A DNA stretch of 64,000 nucleotides, the filler included, from Basidiobolus ranarum (Eukaryota), in the NCBI GenBank assembly GCA_040143965.1. It is 16 parts of 16 records of this genome, joined end to end, with 100 filler letters (N's around TTAATTAATTAA, not from the genome) between each part and the next. Parts side by side here need not be neighbours in the genome. Positions count along the whole stretch, not along the records: positions 48,234 to 52,142 come from JASJQH010009097.1; positions 52,243 to 56,148 come from JASJQH010009098.1; positions 56,249 to 60,153 come from JASJQH010009099.1; positions 60,254 to 64,000 come from JASJQH010009178.1; 12 more parts are not named here. One strand, written 5' to 3'. How positions within the stretch are numbered: position 1 is the stretch's first letter; each line of letters begins with the position of its first letter. The notes under the pieces are model-generated. The model made no database searches. It was not told where the DNA came from and worked only from the letters and a program-made list of their open reading frames with translations. Shown one piece after another: positions 49,241 through 61,960 of this stretch. Position numbers and translations under genes: made by a program.

Positions 49241-52200
49241 TTTGAACGGAATAAAGAGGTTGGCTAAGGTCTCTCAAAGACGCGAAGCTTCGGATAAGGG
49301 AAAGGAAACGGAAAAGATTGAATGAAAACTGATATAGGAAATTGCTTGCCTTACAACTAATATTACTTGTATGATCCTCTAGCGAGTTGGTTGAATGAAA
49401 ATCTGAAGGAATTTATATGTTTTTACTTTCTCTGAAGAGGGAATTTGTAATCTAAAAAAAGACATGGATGCTGTGTTACCATTGATTTACGACGTATCTC
49501 CATCTTGATATTCAGTCATTTGTGGAAATTATCACAAAGCAATTGTGTGTGGGTGAGATCCATGAACTGGTTAGTATCGCAAAATAGTGTGTGTAAGTTA
49601 CCTGGCGCTTCTAGCCTCTCATCATAAAGCAACTGACTGTACCAATTGATTGATTCTAGTTAATTTCTATTGATTCGATGTTTAAGAAATCGAGGAGTAA
49701 TAAAAGCACTATGAGCGCATTAGGAGGGGATTTCCGGATCAGGATGAACATAGAGCCATATATAGAGGATAGCCGTCTATTAAATTCATCACCCAAAGTG
49801 ACACTTAATTTTTTATTACCCATCTTTGGGCAGCCTTTGTACCACTTTCTGGGAGGTGGTGATTCAGGTTAAAAGGGGACCATGCATTGAATACTATCAA
49901 CTGTAGTTCAAGAACGTAGCAAACTTGAAATACTTCCCTTAACACGCGGGTATTGCAGGGTTAACAGTGGGCCTTGGGTTGGACACGAGCCAATGATATA
50001 GTCATTCTATTAATACGGCGATGAATAAGGAAATACAGTCGTTCTTTTGAGGTAGTTACTTGATCCAACTACATTAATAAACAGGGGTGCGTTTGGTGAA
50101 GAATGCGAACAAGCAATAGGTAGATGCCATTCTGGTCGAGCTCCCAACATGCTGGTGTCAGCGACTGATGAGGGTACAGGTTGGTATCTTGTTACAGCTT
50201 CATCAGCAAAACAGTTTCCCGCAGACATGAAGTGGACTGAGTATTCGAACCTCATTGTGGAAAGTATCGTCTTTTGAAGAAAATTCCAAGTGATTATTGA
50301 AGGAGTAAGCACATCTGCTGGATTCCATTATACTGGCTAACCCATATTTCAACTAAATATATTGGTCTCAAACATCGAGCAGCTCCCAAGACCGTGATGA
50401 ATGGTTAGGCTTGATCAGTCTGAAACTGAATATATTTCACTTCCTAAATAGTACGAGTCCTGAGGTCCCTTCAGCAATTACACTAAATGAGAAGTGGATG
50501 GTACAGTGCATGATAATTGGCAGTTGTAGATTACTTCATCCCTAAAATGAAAGATCCATAACTCGGATAAACTATTTATCAGTAGAAGTCATCTTACATA
50601 CAATGTTAATGGCATCTGCCGAAGTAGTGCTGGTAAGCGAGTGGCTCGTGATGCCTGAATCAATCGTACTTAGAAACGTGGTACATGTTTATCGAATTCA
50701 GCAAAGGTGCTCGTCTTCGATCAATTAGGCCTAAATACCACAGTTTTCAAGCGCATCAGTGTCTAGCATAAATAATTTTCAGTTGGACTTTCTCTGTTGT
50801 TTGAAAGTGAGGTACATTAATTCCAAGCTTCCAAGTAGGAAGGAGATGAAAGCTCATCGTTAATTCCACTAATTACGCCGATATTCTAGCCTTGGGCAAT
50901 CATACTGATGACTAAATATATGCACCATTACGCCTAATCAGTGTTTGTTTCTGTGTACGCAGATACAATCTATGTTCGAGTTCTTAACAAACAAATAGAT
51001 TATATTTGCATCGGGTTGCATGATTGAATGTGGGTTTCTCTTTGGGTTTTGACATAGTTCCATAATCTAATTCAACCATACAATAGTCAGAATTAAAGTT
51101 TTGGTTGATTCATTTTGGATCTCTCTAAATAGTTGTGGTTGAGTATCCGGTAGCATTACTGGCGCACGAGCATGTGATACATGTTGCGATGCACGTCGTC
51201 TTGCACAAGTAATTAAATGTTGAGATCAATAAGGATTACCTTGAAGAACTCAAGTTTCAATGGATGATCAAGGGACTTACTATATATACGTGATGGTAGG
51301 ATTGTCTTCTATGCCTGAATGGGCTTTTTGTGCCAATCTTGTACTTCGTTTTCTTTCGCATTAACATGATCTTTTCTATTCGTATATGCAAGTTGAGCGG
51401 TAGGATTCCTTCTGTGACTGAATTCTGGTTCTTCGGGCCAATCTGGTAACACATATGACTGGTATGTTTACCCCCTATTGCTATGTGTAGTGTCAATAGA
51501 CATAGCGTTAAGTGTTAGCATTGAACTTGTATATTGATGGAGAGTATATGGGGTTTGGGCCACCATTGATTGCGATATAAAACGATATGAGATGTGCTTA
51601 TTATTGTGGACAAGCAGTATTAAATATGGAGTAATTGTGCATAAAACATGGTCGTATCACTCCATTTGTTGCAAGTTTCTCTCATTACACACTTGTATTA
51701 TCTGTATGGATGCGATCTTGATTCATTGCTGTTCTATAATATAGCTACGTGAGGTATGTCAATATTGTAAATAATTCTGCAACTTCAATCATCTGAACCG
51801 CATATCTATATACTCTTAAATTGCCATCAGATTGTATATGATTGTTCGCCTAAATTAAGTTATTTTAAGGCCTGTGTTTCATCAGAAACAATACTGATTC
51901 CATATTAGATACCATATACCTATATTTATGGCTTTGATACTATATTTACTGAAATTTTCCAATAATTCCATACAGGGGAAGTTGTAGGCCTGATGATTTT
52001 TTGACTTAAATGGTATAACTAAAGGCAATATAGCCTCTCTGAGCAATGCTATAGGGAAAAGCTGTACCCCAAATATAGGTACTTGGGGAATAACCAGTAA
52101 ACCATGACTCACTAACCATGGGCACTTTGCAAGTTGGGGGGGNNNNNNNNNNNNNNNNNNNNNNNNNNNNNNNNNNNNNNNNNNNNTTAATTAATTAANN

Positions 52201-52242
52201 NNNNNNNNNNNNNNNNNNNNNNNNNNNNNNNNNNNNNNNNNN

Positions 52243-52954
52243 GATGGTATTTTTAGGAAAGCTGCAAGACACACTTCTTGGTGAGATAGATGGAGATATG
52301 CAGTATTATTGTTTTAGCCATGGGGTAATCTATTCAAGCAATGACACATCTACTTGTGGCAGGACATTTGTTGACTGCAAGTCAGGGATATATTGGCCAA
52401 ATTCTTTATGGAAATTTGCCAAAATCCAAGAACTTATTCTCATAGTGAATGGTAACAAGAGTCAGCTATTTGCCAAGTGTCAGTGCTCTTCAAAATTTCA
52501 GATGTTTAGCAATGTTTTTACCATTAGTTTGCTGGTAAAGCATATTGATGTTGTTGAGTTATGTCTAATCAGTCAAATATGTGCATATGTAGAGACTAAA
52601 CATGACAAGATTCTTGTATTTTTTGATTCTCATTATGGCTGGTATACAAAGCCTAAAATATCTAAATAAAGGCATGCATTTTAATTTGAATTCCTACAGC
52701 AATAAATCCAGTAATTTACCATTTGAAAATTATATTTTTGCAAAAATTGCTGGCTATTGAATAACCCATACCAGATTTGAGGATCAATATTTTAACATGT
52801 ATGAATATCATTAAGATACCCTCAAGAAACCACCATCATACCATCAAAATCCCTGGCAGAATGCAAGCCAGCAATATTGTGATGGTTCTCTGACAGTTTG
52901 CTATTTTGGAGGGTGGATCCAATCCAGATCAAATTGATTTTATTTTTGTTAGGG
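52243..52954 (+). mobile_element. CACTA-superfamily transposase C-terminus and terminus B, nested in another copy
   Basis: ORF 52244-52669; ends ATTTTTGTTAGGG and is followed directly by interrupted transposase sequence. Confidence 0.85.
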
Positions 52955-54509
52955 TAGTATTGGAAAGTTGTTGAACAGTAAGTGCATGACGCCTAATGGG
53001 AAGCTCTGGCTCCAGCTGATCCTATTTAGAAATATAATCCTAGGCTTACAGCTAATACTTGGTTTGATGTTAGACTGACTGTTTGGTGAATTGATATCAG
53101 TGATCATCTTGATATCTGATGGGGCTCTTGACAGTAACATCATGGAGTTTAATTTTGTATTTGCATAGTAGTAATGCATATGCCTGATAAAGTAGACTCC
53201 ATTTATTTGACAAAATCTATAGCAAGTTAGTGCATTGAGCCTGCAAAAACCTCCAAGTTTGCTGAAGGCAGGAGTGTCACCAAAATATACAATGATATTA
53301 GCTTTAATGAAATATTCACCCATCTGAACGCCATTAGATAATCTTCAGAATGCTGTTCTTGAGCTACAGCAAATTGCTGCTCCCTCCGTCCATTCTCATA
53401 CAGGATTTCAATCAATCCCACACCGTACATATGAACACCACCATGACAATTGAGCAGAGCACAATATGTGTTGGACCATTAAGCCTACTTTATCCTGGGT
53501 TTTTGCAAGCAAATGGCAATTGGGCCAGTATAGGCCCATTCATGAAACATCTCAAAAAGGTACACATTTATAGACTTGGAACAAAAAGAAAAACAGCTAA
53601 AGAAGTACTCAAGGAGCAGGAAGTTAGTAAGCCCAAGAGAAAGGCAAAGGAGCCAGTGAGTGTAGGCTCTATTGTCCCACTAGGTAAATTTTTCATGGCG
53701 TTACAAAGATCCGCATTTTCAGAGTCAAATGTACTGGCAAAAAAGGTTAATTTCATCATGGAACCAGGTACACCTGTTGGAAGAGTGCTAAATTTAAGAT
53801 TTATCCAACACCTGGTACCTCTCAACAATCCAAAGCACCAGCAAATAAAACTCATGACTCTCCTACCGCAAAGCATCCTCAGTAGTGTCACACTAGAAGG
53901 ACATATGAAAATAGTAAAAGTGCTTGAGGAGTATTTTCAAAAGTATGAAGGGAGAAATGCAGTGCAAGTATGCAGAAAGTGGCTTCAGACTAAGAACATT
54001 CAACTTAACATTCAATCTGGTGTTGACCATGCAGATATCTGGGAAGAACTTAATTCAGAGTAGCACAATCTTGCAGGGCATCTGCCAGATAGCTGGAAGA
54101 TTGTTAAGTCAGCAACATTCATACAATGCTAGGTTTTATGGAGATATTGATACAAACTTGTGTTGGGTATGAGCTAAACCTTGGGTATGAAGAACTCTAT
54201 AAAAATATTCAGGAGAATATATCAAAGAAACTAGGAATTTCAAAGGTGACAAATTAGCATTCAAGTGGTAAATGTGTAAAATTTGAGTTATGTTTTTTGC
54301 ACATGCATTGATCCATAGTTTGCCAAGATTGTGGCCAATCATATGCAACTACTTTGTGATACCTTGAAATTGCACTCCTGAAACTGAAAAAATTAATTAA
54401 AATCAAATCTAACTTGACAATTTTATGGCAGTAAGTAAATGGTCAATCCCAAATGGATTAAAATTGTGACTGTTTTCCTATGATAATGATCCTTAAATAT
54501 ATGTTAGGG
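52955..54509. mobile_element. Internally deleted CACTA-superfamily copy: transposase fragment (-) joined to ORF2 (+) and terminus A
   Basis: ORF 52949-53323(-) with GDTPAFSKLGGFC; ORF 53350-54063(+) ORF2; ends ATATGTTAGGG. Confidence 0.82.
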
Positions 54510-54529
54510 AATATTCACTCATCTCAATG

Positions 54530-55990
54530 CCCAACATAAATAAAATCTATTTGATCTGGATTGGCCCACCCTTCTAGAGTGCCATACCATGAGTGAACCA
54601 TCACAATATTGGTGGCTTGTATTCTTCCAGGGATGTTGATGGTGAGATGGCCACTTCTCAGCAGTTTTTTGCCAAATTCATACAAGGTAAAATATTGATT
54701 ATCATATTTGAAAGGTATTATTTAATTTCCAACAGTTTTGCAAAAAACCAAATATTTGAATGGCAAATTACTGAGTCTATTGCTATAGGAATTTGAATTA
54801 ATAAGCACACCTTTATTAAGATATTTTAAGCTTTGCATTCTAGCTATAATGAGAATCAAAAAATACAAGAATCTTGTTGCACTTAGTCTCTATATATGCA
54901 CATACCTGACTGATCAGACATAACTCAACAACATCAATATGCTTTACCAGCAAACTAATGGTGGAAAAATTTCTTAATATCAGAATTTTTGAATAGACTA
55001 ACACTTTGCAAATAGCTGACTCTTGTTACCAATAACAATGGGAATAAGCTCTAGGATTTTGGCAAATTTTAATTAAGAATTTGGCCAAAATAACCCAACT
55101 TGCAGTCTACAAATGTCCTGCTACAAGTAGATGAGTCTTTGCTGGAATAGATTACCACATGTCTAAAACATTAATACTGCATATCTCAATCTATCTCATC
55201 AAGAAGTCCATCTTACAAGTTTCTGAGAAATACCTTCAGATAATCACACAAAACAATTAGTTCAAATTATAGAGGTACTTACTCTGAGGCTATATATTGG
55301 TTTTCGTTACTGTCATTGTGCTCAAACAATGCACAAACCCATGAGCACATTGAAAAGCAACCTTTGTTGCAAGATTAATATACTCTGGAGTCTCCTTAAC
55401 CCATCCCATTATACCCATCACTGATTTTGCTGATACACTGTTTTCAGATTAGCACATAGTAATATTGGCAGTTTCACACAGGGCATCATTCCACCACTGG
55501 CACACTCCATTGGGAACTCCCAGAATGTATAGCAAAGGCCTCTAATCACAAAGCATTGTGAAAGATGCACCAGAGAATGTATTGAAAATCAGCATAGAAT
55601 CAGTCTATCTTCTTTAAATCTATAATAAAATCTTTCATGTTGAAATACAAAATGTTTGCACAGTTGCTATATCTACCTGAAATCTGCCAATGTGAGTTGA
55701 TGCATTAAGAATAAATTAACAATATCCACAATCAACTCCCAGTGTTGCCAATACTTATCAGGCAGAGATCTTTTCATGATTCTAGTTAAATATATACAAA
55801 TTCAACATTTGGAGTCTTTGCTTTTGAACACCTAGATGAGTAAATATTGATAGGAGTTCTGGTAAAATACAACTGCATCTTGATGTTATCAAGTTTTTTC
55901 CCAATGGATTCCACCATTGATCCTTTTTAGACTGGCTCATTCAGATTGAATTTTCCACTATCCAGGTGAGTAAATAGTATTGGAATGTTG
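54530..55990 (-). mobile_element. CACTA-superfamily copy: terminus B and decayed transposase 3' half
   Basis: Starts CCCAACATAAATAAAATCTATTTGATCTGG; colinear with 33777-35240. Confidence 0.85.
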
Positions 55991-56148
55991 TGTTGAAGTT
56001 TATTGTCTTTATCATATTTGTTATCTCTATCTTTATGCACCTAACTATTTCATATATCACATATAAGTTAGTTAACATTACTTAGTCAAATATCACTTAG
56101 CTGAAAATTGGAACATATATTATATATATATGTGAATAATGTGAGAAT
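55991..56148 (+). mobile_element. 5' end of LTR family C inserted in a CACTA transposase
   Basis: TGTTGAAGTTTATTGTC starts at the CACTA breakpoint; second copy at 20128-20206. Confidence 0.65.
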
Positions 56149-56248
56149 NNNNNNNNNNNNNNNNNNNNNNNNNNNNNNNNNNNNNNNNNNNNTTAATTAA
56201 TTAANNNNNNNNNNNNNNNNNNNNNNNNNNNNNNNNNNNNNNNNNNNN

Positions 56249-56849
56249 TATTTGAAGATAATCAAAGTTGTATTTCATTAGCTAAAAACCCTCATTTCAT
56301 GCTAGAACAAAACATATATATATTAGGCATCATTTTGTTAGAGAAGCAATAGAGAATGATATAATTGAACCTGTCTATTGCCCTATTGAAGAAATGATAG
56401 CTGATATCTTAACCAAACCTTTACCTAAAGCACTATTTGAATTATTAATATATAAGTTAGGTTTAAGAGAAACACAAAATAATTAGTTGAGTGGGAATGT
56501 TGAAATTAGGTAAATAGCAACTGATTATTTAGTAGTTAGTTTATTCATATTCTGATTATTTAGTACTCAATTCTGTCATTCAAAAACGTGTGTTTTTTAC
56601 TCTAATTGATAGAAATATCAATTAGATCACTTTTGCCAATTTTCACTATTTTCTCAAAACTTCTCCAAATCATCTCAAATTTTCACCCATGCTTAACAGG
56701 CATGTTCTTTATGATCTAAGCACATCCAAGAGTCCTATTTCATAGTGAACTACAAATAGGAAATAGTCAATTTAATAAAACTTAAGTGTCTAATTTACAA
56801 ATCCAAATCTTGTCCAAAACACCTCAATATCCCCTGAACACTTTTATCA
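56249..56849 (+). mobile_element. Copia family B 3' end: RNase H C-terminus, PPT, 3' LTR (56498-56849)
   Basis: IFEDNQSCI, RHHFVRE, EEMIADILTKPLP; GAGTGGGAA PPT; LTR matches 37122-37465. Confidence 0.9.
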
Positions 56850-58598
56850 ACCCAAAACTAGCTAAGTCTGTAAAGCAGTATTCTCTACCATTATCACTCC
56901 TTAATACACTTATTTTCTGTGCTGATTCTTTCTCTACCTTTGCTTGGCAATGCTTGAATGTAACTAAGGCTTCAGATGGCAATTTGAGTAAGAATACCCA
57001 GCATAGCTGGTTTTAATATATGTGTTGACATTCCTTTAGCCACTAGCTTTGGGCTCATAGCATGATAAATGTTTTTGGGGGATTTGGAAGTGTTTCTGAC
57101 AGTGTTTCAATTTGTAAATTAGACACTTAAGTCTTATTGGGTTGAAGATATCTTCATTATAGTTTGCTATGAAATAGGACTGCTGGACTTGCTTAAATCA
57201 TAACAAAGGTGCCAGTTAAGCATGGGTGAAAATTTTTGGTGATTTGGAGAAGTTTTGAGGAAATAGTGAAAATTGGTAAAAGTGAGATGATTAAATTTTT
57301 TATCATGGAGCACAATGAACACTCTTTAATGAAAGCAGAATTGAGTGCTAAATAATCAAAATATGTTTATACTAACTACCAAATAATGAGTTGCTATTTA
57401 CTCAACTGCAACATTTGAATTCAACTAATTATTCTGTATTTCTCCTAAACTTAACTTATATCCTAATAATTCAAATTGTGCTTTGGCTAACAGTTTAGTG
57501 AAGATGTCAGCAATCATTCCTTCAGTAGGGAAATAGACAACTTCAATAATATCTTTCTCTTTGGCCTCTCAGCTAAAATGATGCCTAATATCTATATGTA
57601 TTGTTCTAGAAAGAAATGCAGGGTTCAACCCATGAAAGCCAACTTTAATTATCTTCAAATACAGTAATAGCACAATTTGAATGTATCCTAAGTCTCTGAA
57701 TAACTTCCTTAAGCATCTAGCTTCTTGTGTGGTAGCAGACGCAGCCAGATACTCTGCTTCAGTAGTGATAAGTTCTATGGTCAGTTGCTTCTTACTATTC
57801 CTAGTTTTAGCTTCATTACCATGGAAAATGGTCAAGCCAGTTGTTGATCTTCTTTTGCCAAGGTTTCTTCCCCAGTTTGCATCACTGTAGCCTTCAAAAT
57901 TTTGTGCATCAGGAGTGCCTAGTATTCCAGAACCAGATCTACAGTTCCTCTCAAATACCTGAATATTTGTTGTTCTACAGTTTTGCACCCAAGCCCTGGA
58001 TTTTTGAGATATTGACTGACCATTCCCACTGTCATAGCAATATTTGGACAGGTTCCAACCATTGTATACAATTAACTACCCACCATGGTTTGATAAGGGG
58101 ACTCCTAACTTTGATTTGAGTCATTTTGGGACAAATTGTATGAAATTTTGGTTTGATAAGCTGCTTTTTGTTTGATCATGTGCTTCTAGAATTCTTGTGA
58201 CCATGATCAACTCATCCACATGTAGTGCCAAGATAAGGATCCTAATTCTGGTTGTTTTGATGTAAATACTGTGTCTGCTATGCATTTTTGGAATTTTAGT
58301 GATTCCAAATAGGTATCTATCTTGTTGTACCATGCCCTGGATGCTTGCTTGAGTCTATATAGCAATTTTTGCAGCATACAGATCATATCAGGATGTTTTG
58401 GGTCAATAAACCCATCTGGTTGCTCCATCTAGATCTTTTCTCCTAGATACCAATTGAGAAAGGCTGTTCTTGCATCAATTCAATGTATATCAAGGTCATG
58501 GATGGCTGAGAGCATAAGGATTGTTCTAATGGAGTTAAACTTAGCTATTGGGGTTAAATGTACAAAATAATCAACTCCTGGAGTCTGGGAATAACCTT
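56850..58598 (-). mobile_element. Copia family B: RT-RNase H, then LTR (57063-57413), PBS and a deleted gag/integrase remnant
   Basis: GYSQTPGVDY, MEQPDGF, LYRLKQASRAW, LHVDEL, GYSDANW, RRSTTG, TTEAEY; PBS TGCTATGAGCCC at 57051-57062; integrase LRSDNGREY. Confidence 0.9.
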
Positions 58599-58599
58599 A

Positions 58600-60153
58600 C
58601 CAGATCCATCCTCCAAAAGAGCAAAATCATCAGAAAACTGTCATAAAATTGGTGGCTTGCATTCTGCCAAGGATTTTGATGGTGTAACGGTGGTTTCTAG
58701 ATGGTATTTTGATGGTATTCATACATGTTAAAATATTTCTCCTCAAATTTGGCATGCATTGTTCAATATCCAACAATTTTTGCAAAATATATTTTTCAAA
58801 TGTCAAATTACTAGGTTTACTGCTGTAGGAATTTGAATTAATATGCATGCCTGTATGAAGACATTTTAGGCTTTGTATTCCAGCCATATTGAGAATCAAA
58901 TAATACCAGAATCTTGTTGTATTTAGTCTCTACATATGAACATACTTAACTAATTAGACATAACTCAACAACTTCAATATGCTTTACCAGCAAATTAATG
59001 GTGGAAAAATTGCTCAACATCTGAAATTTTGAATAGCACTGACACTTGGTAAATAGCTGACTCTTGTTACCATGCACTATGAGAAAAAGCTCTTGGATTT
59101 TGGCAAATTTTCATAAAGAATTCAGCCAACATATTCCCAACTTGCAGGCAATAAATGTCCTGCCACAAGTAGATGTGTCATTACTTGAATTGATTACCCC
59201 ATGGCTAAAACAATAATACTGTGTTCCTTAAATTATCTGACCAACAAGTCTAGCTTGTAGCTTTCCTAAAAATTCCAGCATATTATCACTCAAGCAAAAT
59301 AGTCCAATTATTGAGGTACTAACTCTGTGTCCATGGATTCGGCATTGTTGCTGTTATTGTGCTCAAACAATGAAAAAACCCATGAGCACATTGAAAAGAG
59401 CCCTTTGTTGGCAAGTTAATATACTCTAGGGTCTTCTTAACCCATTGCATTACATCCATCACTAATTTTGTTGATACATTTTTAATCATATTAGCATACG
59501 GTAATACTGACAACTTCACACAGAGCATCATTTCACCACCGGTGCACTCCATTGGGAACTCCCAGAATGTATAGCAAGGGCCTATAATCTCTAAGCTTTT
59601 GAAAGATACAGCCAGGAATGTATTGAATACCAGCATAGATTCAGTCTATCTTCTTTCAGCCTGTAGTAAAGTTTGTCATATCCAACTACAAAATCTTGGC
59701 ACAGCAGCCATATCTACCTGAGATCTGCCAATGTGAGTTGATACCATATGAATACATTAACAATATCCACAAACAACTCCCAATGTTGCCAATACTTATC
59801 AGGCAGAAACCTTTTCAAAATTCCACTTCAATATATACACATTCATACTCCCAGTCTTTGCATTTGAATAAAAACCTAGATGAGTGGATATTGATGGGAG
59901 TCCTGGCAAAATATGATGGTATCTTGATGTTGCCAAGCATTTTCCAAATTGATTCAAACTTTGATCCTATCTCAAATGGCTCATTCATATAAAATTTTCC
60001 ACTATATAGCTGAGTAAGTAGTATTGAATGTTGTTGAATAGAAAGTGCATAGTGCCTAATGGGAAGCTCTGGCTCCAGCTGATCCCCTTTAGCAATATAA
60101 TCTTAGGCTTATGGCTAATACCAAGTTTGATGTTAGACTGACTATTTGGTGAA
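58600..60153 (-). mobile_element. CACTA-superfamily decayed transposase 3' half
   Basis: IGPCYTFWEFPMECTGG; colinear with 33810-35360. Confidence 0.87.
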
Positions 60154-60444
60154 NNNNNNNNNNNNNNNNNNNNNNNNNNNNNNNNNNNNNNNNNNNNTTA
60201 ATTAATTAANNNNNNNNNNNNNNNNNNNNNNNNNNNNNNNNNNNNNNNNNNNNATGAGATAGCTGTAGGAGTTTGTGTGACGAGCTTATTAATAATGGCG
60301 CTAACAATGAAGGATGGGAAACCTGATGAATTTAGAAAGTAACCGAGTTAGCTAACAAGAAGATTTCGAATGAAGGCAGTAAGGAAAAGAAAGGAACGAA
60401 GAAGTATACCATGAAATCATGAAAATAGGTCAGACTCTTGTAAG

Positions 60445-60452
60445 TATAAATA
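60445..60452 (+). promoter_or_regulatory. TATA box of the 3D-domain gene
   Basis: TATAAATA ~70 nt upstream of the ATG; the same GTATAAATAC precedes the paralog remnant (61961). Confidence 0.55.
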
Positions 60453-60516
60453 CACACTCTTGAGATGCGTAACTTATCAGATTATTATTTGAATCCTACA
60501 TACGCTACTATGAACT

Positions 60517-61116
60517 ATGCACTCTCTTTCCAAGCTATTTTTCATTACTCTTCTTAGTCTTGCTTTCTTACAGGCTACAGTAATGGCTAAAAGAGTGAAG
60601 ATGACCTACTACTGGGTTGCAAACGAGAACGACCACTCAGGATCTAGAAATGTAGACATTAAGACTTGTGCAGGAAAGTCCATCGCCAAAGTTTCTTGGT
60701 CTTTCGCCGAAGCTGCTCGTATGGAGGGTACTGCACGCTTGAACAACGGTAAGGTAGTCAACCTTTCATGCAGCTGTGGCAGCGGATTCAACTGTTTCAT
60801 GACTCTTGACGAGAAGAGATATCCCTTCGGCTTAGGTTCGCAGGGCAATGCTCTTAAGCCTTTCATTAGCATCTCTGCCAACGATATTCCATTTGGAAGC
60901 ACAGTTTTGGTAAAGGAGCTTCAAGGACTTAAGATGCCCAATGGTGTGACTCATAACGGATGTGTACGAGTCGATGATAAGGGATGGAGCTTTGGAAACA
61001 ACCACATTGATTTATTGGTTGGCGACAAGAAGTATTACGAACAAATCAGTCGTCAATACGGTAGCAGGCTCAGCAACGTCGACATTACTCGTACTTCCTG
61101 CCAACTTCAAGGATAA
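60517..61116 (+). CDS. Secreted 3D-domain (MltA-like double-psi beta-barrel) protein, intronless
   Basis: Signal peptide; TYY..E, MEG, G..G..LKPF.S.SANDIPFGSTV.V.EL.G..MP.G..HNGC...DDKG..F..NHIDL.VG pattern of bacterial 3D proteins. Confidence 0.8.
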   Translation: MHSLSKLFFITLLSLAFLQATVMAKRVKMTYYWVANENDHSGSRNVDIKTCAGKSIAKVSWSFAEAARMEGTARLNNGKVVNLSCSCGSGFNCFMTLDEKRYPFGLGSQGNALKPFISISANDIPFGSTVLVKELQGLKMPNGVTHNGCVRVDDKGWSFGNNHIDLLVGDKKYYEQISRQYGSRLSNVDITRTSCQLQG

Positions 61117-61960
61117 GCTATATCTGAAGTATTGTATTACTAAAGATGATCCACATGTAGAGTATGTAGCTATTTATATGTATGTAGCTATTTGGTTTAT
61201 TTGCATCTGCTGGTAAGAACAATGAAGCCAATAAAAAAAACCTATTTCAAGGAATTACCGCTATTTATCATTTCTTCCTATCACTTTTATTTATCAAGTA
61301 TTATTTGTCAATAACTTGACAGTAAAATTTGTATTTGAGCAGCAAAAATGCTGTGAATCTAACATGGTTCAAATGTTTGTACTTACCTCTGAAAGGCTTA
61401 TGAGAGCTAAGTTGACATTCTGCCGTAGAAACGTGTGTTAAATGTTTAAATTGACCTGGCCAATCACCATGAATTACTACTTATCCAGATCAAAGCAAAT
61501 TAGGCAACTTGCCAACTGAGCGGCTAAGAATATAGAAACCCTAACCCCAAATGGCCATTGCAAAGACCGCTAGCTTAGGGTTAGGTGGGCGAACTACAAA
61601 GACCAGATTCAATATTTCTCTAAGCCAATAAAACGCCAGAGCAAATGATTGTGGAAAAATTTGGATTGGCTCAACTGATCAACTCCTGCCAACTTCAACA
61701 AGTATCCAATCAGGAACACAAAGAGAGTGCACCCAAAACTGTTAATGTCATTTGGACTCGGGTGGCTCGCAGCCATTTCAAAATCCGTGTACCCATACCG
61801 ATGAAATCTGTTTACAGAACGAACCCAAAAGAGCATATCCCATTCTGAAGCGGTTGCCGTTACGATGGTTGCAAATTGAGTTTTTGAGGAACCGGACCAA
61901 GTAATCTATCCAAAGCAATCTGTATACAGCATAGTCCTCCGTAGCAGCACTATTGAAAAT

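Noticed and set aside
50010-50312. 100-aa ORF upstream of chitin synthase
   Set aside because: No motif or splice support.
3928-60253. Regularly spaced TTAATTAATTAA as a CRISPR-like or biological repeat
   Set aside because: Always embedded in N-runs; it is an artificial six-frame-stop linker.
1598-61116. Antimicrobial gene cluster (TLP + toxin + 3D protein)
   Set aside because: The genes lie on separate contigs ordered only by length.
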